Source of the DNA: Balanoglossus misakiensis
Taxonomy: Eukaryota; Animalia; Hemichordata
DNA length: 64,000 bases
Direction: 5' to 3'
NCBI GenBank assembly: GCA_040954595.2
Contig: CM082581.2
Location: forward strand, 1,728,699-1,792,698
The position numbers and the translations under genes are program-made. Within the stretch, counting starts at the first letter, position 1. The number at the start of each line of letters is the position of its first letter. The notes beneath the pieces were generated by a model. The model had not been told where the DNA came from and ran no database searches. It saw only the letters and a list, made by a program, of their open reading frames with translations. This document shows positions 57,201-64,000 of the stretch, piece after piece.

Positions 57201-60200
57201 TTCTCCCCTCCCAAGAATGGCGGCAACAAATTCTCAGCCGTTATTTCTCCCCTCCCAAAAATGGCGGCAACAAATTCTCTGTTCCCATTTCTCCCCTCCC
57301 AAGAATGGCGGCAACAAACTCTCCGCCCTTATTTCACCCCTCCCAAGAACGGCGGCAGCAAATTCTCTACCGTGATTTCACCCCTTCCAAGAATGGCGTC
57401 AGCACATTCTCTGCCGTCATTTTACCCCACCCAAGAATGGCGGCAACAAATTCTCTGCCATCATTTCACCCCTCCCAAGAACGGCGGCAACAAACTCTTA
57501 GCCTTTATTTCTCCCCTCCCAAGAATGGCGGCAATAAATTCTCTGCCATCATTTTTCCCCTCCCGAGAATGGCGGCAATAAATTCTCTGCCATCGTTTTT
57601 CCCCTGCCAAGAATGGCAGCAACAAACTCTCAGCCGTTATTTCTCCCCTCCCGAGAATGGCGGCAACAAAGTTTACTCTCAGCTCTTATTTCTCCCCTCC
57701 CAAGAATGGCGGCAACAAATTCTCTGTTCCCATTTCTCCCCTACCAAGAATGGCGGCAACAAATTCTCAGCCGTTATTTATCCCCTCCCAAGAATACCGG
57801 CAACATACACTCTATTCCCATTTCTCCCTTCCCAAGGATGGCGGCAATAAATTCACTGCCATCATTTCTCCCCTCCCGAGAATGGCGGCAACAAACTCTC
57901 TGCCATCATTTCTCCCCTCCCAAGAATGGCGGCAATAAATTCTCTGCCATAGTTTCTCCCCTCCCAAGGATGGCGGCAATAAATTCACTGCCATCATTTC
58001 TCCCCTCCCGTGAATGGCGGCAACAAATTCTCAGCCGTTATTTATCCCCTCCCAAGAATGGCGGCAACAAATTCTCTGCTCTCATTTCTACCCTCCCAAT
58101 AATGGCGGCAATAAATTCTCTGAGATCATTTCTCCCCTCCCGAGAATGGCGGCAACAAACTCTCTGCCATCATTTCTCCCCTCCCAAGAATGGCGGCAAT
58201 AAATTCTCTGCCATCGTTTCCCCCCTTCCAAGAATTGCAGCAACAAACTCTCAGCCGTTATTTCTCCACTCCCAAGAATGGCGGCAATAAATTCTCTGCC
58301 ATCATTTTCCCCTCCCGAGAATGGCGGCAATAAATTCTCTGCCATCGTTTCTCCCCTTCCAAGAATTGCAGCAACAAACTCTCAGCCGTTATTTCTCCAC
58401 TCCCAAGAATGGCGGCAATAAATTCTCTGCCATCATTTTCCCCTCCCGAGAATGGCGGCAATAAATTCTCTGCCATCGTTTCTCCCCTGCCAAGAATGGC
58501 AGCAACAAATTCTCAGCCATTATTTATCCCCTCCCAAGAATGGCGGCAACAAATTCTCTGCTCTCATTTCTCCCCTCCCAATAATGGCGGCAATAAATTC
58601 TCTGCCATCATTTCTCCCCTCCCGAGAATGGCGGCAACAAACTCTCTGCCATCATTTCTCCCCTCCCAAGAATGGCGGCAATAAATTCTCTGCCATCGTT
58701 TCTCCCCTGCCAAGAATGGCAGCAACAAATTCTCAGCCGTTATCTCTCCCCTCCCGACAATGGCGGCAACAAGGTCATTTCTCTGCCCCCATTTCTCCCC
58801 CTCCCAAGAATGGCGGCAACAAATTCTCAGCCGTTATTTCTCCCCTCCCATTAATACCGGCAACATACTCTCTATTCCCATTTCTCCCCTCCCAAGAATG
58901 GCGGCAACAAATTCTCTGCCATCATTTCTCCCTTCCCGAGAATGGCGGCAACAAACTCTCTGCCATCATTTCTCCCCTCCCAAGAATGGCGGCAATAAAT
59001 TCTCTGCCATCGTTTCTCCCCTGCCAAGAATGGATGCAACAAACTCTCAGCCGTTATTTCTCCCCTCCCGACATTGGCGGCAACAAAGTTTACTCTCTGC
59101 CCCCATTTCTCCCGACCCAAGAATGGCGGCAACAAATTCTCTGCCATCATTTCTCCCTTCCCAAGGATGGCGGCAACAAACTCTCTGCCATCATTTCTCC
59201 CCTCCCAAGATTGGCGGCAATAAATTCTCTGCCATAGTTTCTCCCCTCCCAAGGATGGCGGCAATAAATTCACTGCCATCATTTCTCCCCTCCCGTGAAT
59301 GGCGGCAACAAATTCTCAGCCGTTATTTATCCCCTCCCAAGAATGGCGGCAACAAATTCTCTGCTCTCATTTCTACCCTCCCAATAATGGCGGCAATAAA
59401 TTCTCTGAGATCATTTCTCCCCTCCCGAGAATGGCGGCAACAAACTCTCTGCCATCATTTCTCCCCTCCCAAGAATGGCGGCAATAAATTCTCTGCCATC
59501 GTTTCTCCCCTTCCAAGAATTGCAGCAACAAACTCTCAGCCGTTATTTCTCCACTCCCAAGAATGGCGGCAATAAATTCTCTGCCATCATTTTCCCCTCC
59601 CGAGAATGGCGGCAATAAATTCTCTGCCATCGGTTCTCCCCTGCCAAGAATGGCAGCAACAAACTCTCAGCCGTTATTTCTCCCCTCCCGACAATGGCGG
59701 CAACAAGGTTTACTCTCTGCCCCCATTTCTCCCCTCCCAAGAATGGCGGCAACAAATTCTCTGTTCCCATTTCTCCTCTCCCAAGAATGGCGGCAACAAA
59801 TTCTCAGCCGTTATTTCTCCCCTCCCGTGAATGGCGGCAACAAACTCTCAGCCCTTATTACTCCCATCCCAAGGATGGCGGCAATACATTCTCTGCCATC
59901 ATTTCACCCCTCCCAAGAATGGCGTCAGCACATTCTCTGCCATCATTTTTCCCTTCCCAAGAATGGCGGCAATAAATTCACTGCCATCATTTCTCTCCTC
60001 CCAAGGATGGCGGCAATACATTCCCTGCCATCATTTCTCCCCTCCCGTGAATGGCGGCAACAAATTCTCAGCCGTTATTTATCCCCTCCCAAGAATGGCG
60101 GCAACACATTATCTGCTCTTATTTATCCCCTCCCAAGAATGGCGGCAACAAATTCTCTGCTCTCATTTCTACCCTCCCAATAATGGCGGCAATAAATTCT

Positions 60201-62200
60201 CTGCCATCATTTCTCCCCTCCCGAGAATGGCGGCAACAAACTCTCTGCCATCATTTCTCCCCTCCCAAGAATGGCGGCAATAAATTCTCTGCCATCGTTT
60301 CTCCCCTGCCAAGAATGGCAGCAACAAACTCTCTGCCATCATTTCTCCCCTCCCAAGAATGGCGGCAATAAATTCTTTGCCATCATTTTCCCCTCCCGAG
60401 AATGGCGGCAATAAATTCTCTGCCATCGTTTCTCCCCTGCCAAGAATGGCAGCAACAAATTCTCTGTTCCCATTTCTCCCCTCCCAAGAATGGCGGCAAC
60501 AAATTCTCAGCCGTTATTTCTCCCCTCCCAAGAATGGCGGCAACAAATTCTCTGTTCCCATTTCTCCCCTCCCAAGAATGGCGGCAACAAATTCTCAGCC
60601 GTTATTTCTCCCCTCCCAAAAATGGCGGCAACAAATTCTCTGTTCCCATTTCTCCCCTCCCAAGAATGGCGGCAACAAACTCTCCGCCCTTATTTCACCC
60701 CTCCCAAGAACGGCGGCAGCAAATTCTCTACCGTGATTTCACCCCTTCCAAGAATGGCGTCAGCACATTCTCTGCCGTCATTTTACCCCACCCAAGAATG
60801 GCGGCAACAAATTCTCTGCCATCATTTCACCCCTCCCAAGAACGGCGGCAACAAACTCTTAGCCTTTATTTCTCCCCTCCCAAGAATGGCGGCAATAAAT
60901 TCTCTGCCATCATTTTTCCCCTCCCGAGAATGGCGGCAATAAATTCTCTGCCATCGTTTTTCCCCTGCCAAGAATGGCAGCAACAAACTCTCAGCCGTTA
61001 TTTCTCCCCTCCCGAGAATGGCGGCAACAAAGTTTACTCTCAGCTCTTATTTCTCCCCTCCCAAGAATGGCGGCAACAAATTCTCTGTTCCCATTTCTCC
61101 CCTACCAAGAATGGCGGCAACAAATTCTCAGCCGTTATTTATCCCCTCCCAAGAATACCGGCAACATACACTCTATTCCCATTTCTCCCCTCCCAAGAAT
61201 GGCGGCAACAAATTCTCAGCCATCATTTCTCCCCTCCCGAGAATGGCGGCAACAAACTCTCTGCCATCATTTCTCCCCACCCAAGAATGGCGGCAATAAA
61301 TTCTCTGCCATCGTTTCTCCCCTCCCAAGAATGGCGGCAACAAATTCTCTGTTCCCATTTCTCCCCTCCCAAGAATGGCGGCAACAAATTCTCAGCCGTT
61401 ATTTCTCCCCTCCCAAAAATGGCGGCAACAAATTCTCTGTTCCCATTTCTCCCCTCCCAAGAATGGCGGCAACAAACTCTCCGCCCTTATTTCTTCCATC
61501 CCAAGGATGGCGGCAATAAATTCTCTGCCATCATTTCACCCCTCCCAAGAACGGCGGCAGCAAATTCTCTACCGTGATTTCACCCCTTCCAAGAATGGCG
61601 TCAGCACATTCTCTGCCGTCATTTTACCCCACCCAAGAATGGCGGCAACAAATTCTCTGCCATCATTTCACCCCTCCCAAGAACGGCGGCAACAAACTCT
61701 TAGCCCTTATTTCTCCCCTCCCTAGAATGGCGGCAATAAATTCTCTGCCATCATTTTTCCCCTCCCGAGAATGGCGGCAATAAATTCTCTGCCATCGTTT
61801 TTCCCCTGCCAAGAATGGCAGCAACAAACTCTCAGCCGTTATTTCTCCCCTCCCGAGAATGGCGGCAACAAAGTTTACTCTCAGCTCTTATTTCTCCCCT
61901 CCCAAGAATGGCGGCAACAAATTCTCTGTTACCATTTCTCCCCTACCAAGAATGGCGGCAACAAATTCTCAGCCGTTATTTATCCCCTCCCAAGAATACC
62001 GGCAACATACTCTCTATTCCCATTTCTCCCCTCCCAAGAATGGCGGCAACAAATTCTCAGCCATCATTTCTCCCCTCCCGAGAATGGCGGCAACAAACTC
62101 TCTGCCATCATTTCTCCCCACCCAAGAATGGCGGCAATAAATTCTCTGCCATCGTTTCTCCCCTCTCAAGAATGGCGGCAACAAATTCTCTGCTCTCATT
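51270..62200 (+). repeat. Junction-proximal nested duplications: 445 bp, ~1.33 kb x3, ~3.4 kb x2, 841 bp
   Basis: Offsets of 445 (51538/51983), 1336 and 1329 (53004/54340/55669), 3405 then 3361 (54609/58014, 55938/59299, 57613/60974) and 841 (60974/61815). Confidence 0.87.
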
Positions 62201-62619
62201 TCTCCCCTCCCAATAATGGCGGCAATAAACTCTCAGCCGTTATTTCTCCCCTCCCAAGAATGGCGGCAACAAATTCTCTGTTCCCATTTCTCCCCTCCCA
62301 AGAATGGCGGCAACAAATTCTCAGCCGTTATTTCTCCCCTCCCAAAAATGGCGGCAACAAATTCTCTGTTCCCATTTCTCCCCTCCCAAGAATGGCGGCA
62401 ACAAACTCTCCGCCCTTATTTCTTCCATCCCAAGAATGGCGGCAACAAATTCTCTGCCATCATTTCTCCCTTCCCGAGAATGGCGGCAACAAACTCTCTG
62501 CCATCATTTCTCCCCTCCCAAGAATGGCGGCAATAAAATCTCTGCCATCGTTTCTCCCCTTCCAAGAATGGCACCAACAAACTCTCAGCCGTTATTTCTC
62601 CCCTCCCGACAATGGCAGC

Positions 62620-63010
62620 TGTATCACCCCAATATGTAATAATTAACCCAATATGTAATACTAACCCAATATGTAATATCTCCTTCACCCAATATGTAAT
62701 ACTAACCCAATATGTAATAACACCTTAACCCAATATGTAATGACACTGCCCCTATGTATTATAATACTAAGATTAATGAAATACACAAAATCAATATGAA
62801 ATTATATCTGAATATGAATTAAAATCCTTCCTAAACATGTTTTAAAACTAAACTCAATGTTTTTCATTAACCCAATATGTAATAACACTTTAACCCAATA
62901 TGTAATACTAACCCAATATGTAATAACACTTAACCCAATATGTAATGACACTTTAACCCAATATGTAATAACACTCCCCTAATGTGTTTGAATATGTAAA
63001 ATTAACCCAA
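62620..63010 (+). repeat. AT-rich segment with 11 perfect copies of CCCAATATGTAAT in two clusters; possible subterminal region of a non-autonomous DNA transposon
   Basis: Copies start at about 62628, 62647, 62665, 62688, 62706, 62729 and 62871, 62894, 62912, 62934, 62957, with 18-23 bp spacing. Partial copies lie near 62991 and 63003. Both clusters end similarly (ACACTGCCCCTATGT / ACACTCCCCTAATGT). The repeat is directly visible; the transposon interpretation is inference. Confidence 0.85.
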
Positions 63011-63097
63011 TAGAATTGAAGTAAAACTGAAGTCTTTATAAAAGTAGTGAAATCAAGTTGTGTACGCATGCGTGGCATCTACATATTGTCTCAGATG

Positions 63098-63270
63098 GAA
63101 GCTTCCAGACATATACAGAGAATACCCAGGACACATAATTGACATGGAAAATTTCCAAATTTTAGACAGAGAATCTGATGTATTAATGAAGCCATATACA
63201 TCAGGACACTTCAACCCTCACTTGTAGAGTTGGGGGCAGGGGGGGGGGGGTTACACTTTACCATCCGTGC
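63098..63270 (+). mobile_element. Decayed fragment of a Penelope-like retroelement (C-terminal part of the GIY-YIG endonuclease region)
   Basis: Hand translation across frameshifts gives EASRHIQR / EYPGHIIDMENFQILDRESD (63120-63179) / INEAIYIRTLQPSL (63182-63223) / G-run / YTLPSV. This matches the remembered PLE C-terminal pattern H...GH.i..env.ILDrE..w.eRg.kEAIYIr...PSLNrdgGry.Lp.v, with the W..RG segment deleted. Recognised from memory, not by a search. Confidence 0.75.
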
Positions 63271-63614
63271 ACACTACTAGCCCGTCAAAAGTGAAACAGA
63301 TACTGATATTGAACGCCTTACGCGTCAAGTATGCATTTTTCTTAATTTTCAAGTCCAAAAGCGGGAGGGGGGGGTCATCTTAAAAAAAAACTTTTAGGGG
63401 GTTCACATGCTTTTGCCACAAAACTTGTGCTTTTCAGTCCACAAAATTGCAGTTTCGCACCCTTTATTTTACAAAATTTTCTAATCCCCAGCGTACCCCC
63501 GGGGCCCCCACTTCCGGTGATACGGAACAAAAGTGGGGAATTAGCCCGGTGGGTTGCAGTCCCCGGGTGGGTGGATCCGTATACTAACAGCCGATAGTAA
63601 TAGTTTTGCGAAAT
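63271..63614. other. Unclassified non-satellite spacer segment with homopolymer runs, small hairpins and a GC-rich patch; probably a fragment of another interspersed repeat
   Basis: G and A runs at 63363-63390, bulged hairpin TTGAACGC-cttac-GCGTCAA (~63319-63338), CCCCCGGGGCCCCC (63496-63509), TTCCG-gtgata-CGGAA (63512-63527). No similarity to the satellite and no credible ORF. Confidence 0.4.
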
Positions 63615-64000
63615 ATTGTGGGGAGGGGAGAAATAACGGCTGAGAGTTTGTTGGTGCCATTCTTGGAAGGGGAGAACGATGGCAGAGAATTTATTGCCGC
63701 CATTCTTGGGATGGGAGAAATGATGGCAGAGAGTTTGTTGCCGCCATTCTCGGGAGGGGAGAAATGATGGCAGAGAATTTATTGCCGCCATTATTGGGAG
63801 GGGAGAAATGAGAGCAGAGAATTTGTTGCCGCCATTCTTGGGAGGGGAGAAACGATGGCAGAGAATTTATTGCCGCCATTCTTGGAAGGGGAAAAATGGG
63901 AACAGAGAATTTGTTGCCCCCATTCTTGGGAGGGGAGAAATAACGGCTGAGAATTTGTTGCCGCCATTCTTGGGAGGGGAGAAATGGGAACAGAGAATGT
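63615..64000 (-). repeat. Same 44-bp satellite in inverted orientation (~9 monomers visible, runs off the right edge)
   Basis: The reverse complement reads ...CCAAGAATGGCGGCAATAAATTCTCTGCCATC... and ends ...GCCGTTATTTCTCCCCTCCCCACAAT at 63615. Minus-strand ORFs 63375-63791 and 63691-63879 give the same peptides as the plus-strand array. Confidence 0.98.

Larger units (their letters stand above)
1..62619 (+). repeat. 44-bp tandem satellite array (~1,420 monomers), head-to-tail, continues off the left edge
   Basis: Continuous repetition of CCAAG(A/G)ATGGCGGCAA(T/C)AAATTC(T/A/C)CTGCCATC(A/G)TTTCTCCCCTC. ORF starts differ by multiples of 44, and the translations cycle through the same three peptides (PKNGGNKFSAIISPL / PRMAAINSLPSFLPS / QEWRQQILCHHFSP). 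The last satellite bases are ...CCCGACAATGGCAGC at 62619. Confidence 0.99.

Noticed and set aside
1-62619. CRISPR-like array (palindromic repeat, regular period)
   Set aside because: There are no unique spacers, the whole 44 bp is repeated, there are no cas genes, and the context is eukaryotic.
1-62619. AATAAA polyadenylation signals and Kozak-like ATGGCG in many monomers
   Set aside because: These are by-products of the consensus. There are no downstream GU-rich elements or gene context, and AATAAA alternates freely with AACAAA.
1-62619. Monomer derived from three ~14-17 bp subrepeats (TCTCTGCCATCATT / TCTCCCCTCCCAAGAAT / GGCGGCAATAAAT)
   Set aside because: The similarity is weak and low-complexity, and cannot be distinguished from chance by eye.
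62644-63008. Telomeric TAACCC hexamers
   Set aside because: They occur singly within the larger TAACCCAATATGTAAT motif and never in tandem, so this is not a telomere or fusion scar.
63027-63055. Hammerhead ribozyme-like CTGAAG..CTTT-ATA-AAAG..GAAA near the Penelope-like fragment
   Set aside because: The core reads CTGAAGT rather than CTGANGA, extra bases separate the stem from GAAA, and I could not build stems I and III.
63272-63340. CACTA terminus, or Helitron 3' end (hairpin plus CTAG on the minus strand)
   Set aside because: There is no partner TIR, and the hairpin is ~40 bp from CTAGT, further than typical. The evidence is too short to call.
63375-63791. 138-aa minus-strand ORF with a non-repetitive C-terminal half
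   Set aside because: It starts at a satellite ATG and reads through the spacer by chance, with no recognisable motif. The same applies to 62416-62688.
127-63879. Hundreds of ORFs up to 391 aa (e.g. 60402-61577, 31374-32285)
   Set aside because: They are translations of the 44-bp repeat: every monomer has an ATG, the same peptides appear in all three frames, and length depends on whether AATAAA or AACAAA falls in frame. There is no domain and no frame preference.

Overview
Eukaryotic satellite DNA with no intact genes. Bases 1-62619 are one uninterrupted head-to-tail array of a 44-bp monomer, consensus approx. CCAAGAATGGCGGCAATAAATTCTCTGCCATCATTTCTCCCCTC, about 1,420 copies by length. The array is built from recurring monomer classes in loose 7-8-mer orders and overlaid by near-identical 0.4-7 kb block duplications. 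Its diagnostic variants change from left to right. The array ends at a ~1-kb non-satellite spacer (62620-63614). The spacer holds 11 copies of CCCAATATGTAAT (possible DNA-transposon subterminal region), a decayed Penelope-like GIY-YIG endonuclease C-terminal fragment, and a GC-rich unclassified piece. The same satellite restarts in the opposite orientation at 63615. Both arms end on the same rare monomer variant at almost the same base, so the locus looks like the centre of a large inverted repeat. All ORFs in the track are translations of the repeat. I found no convincing novel coding system; the most interesting signals are structural.
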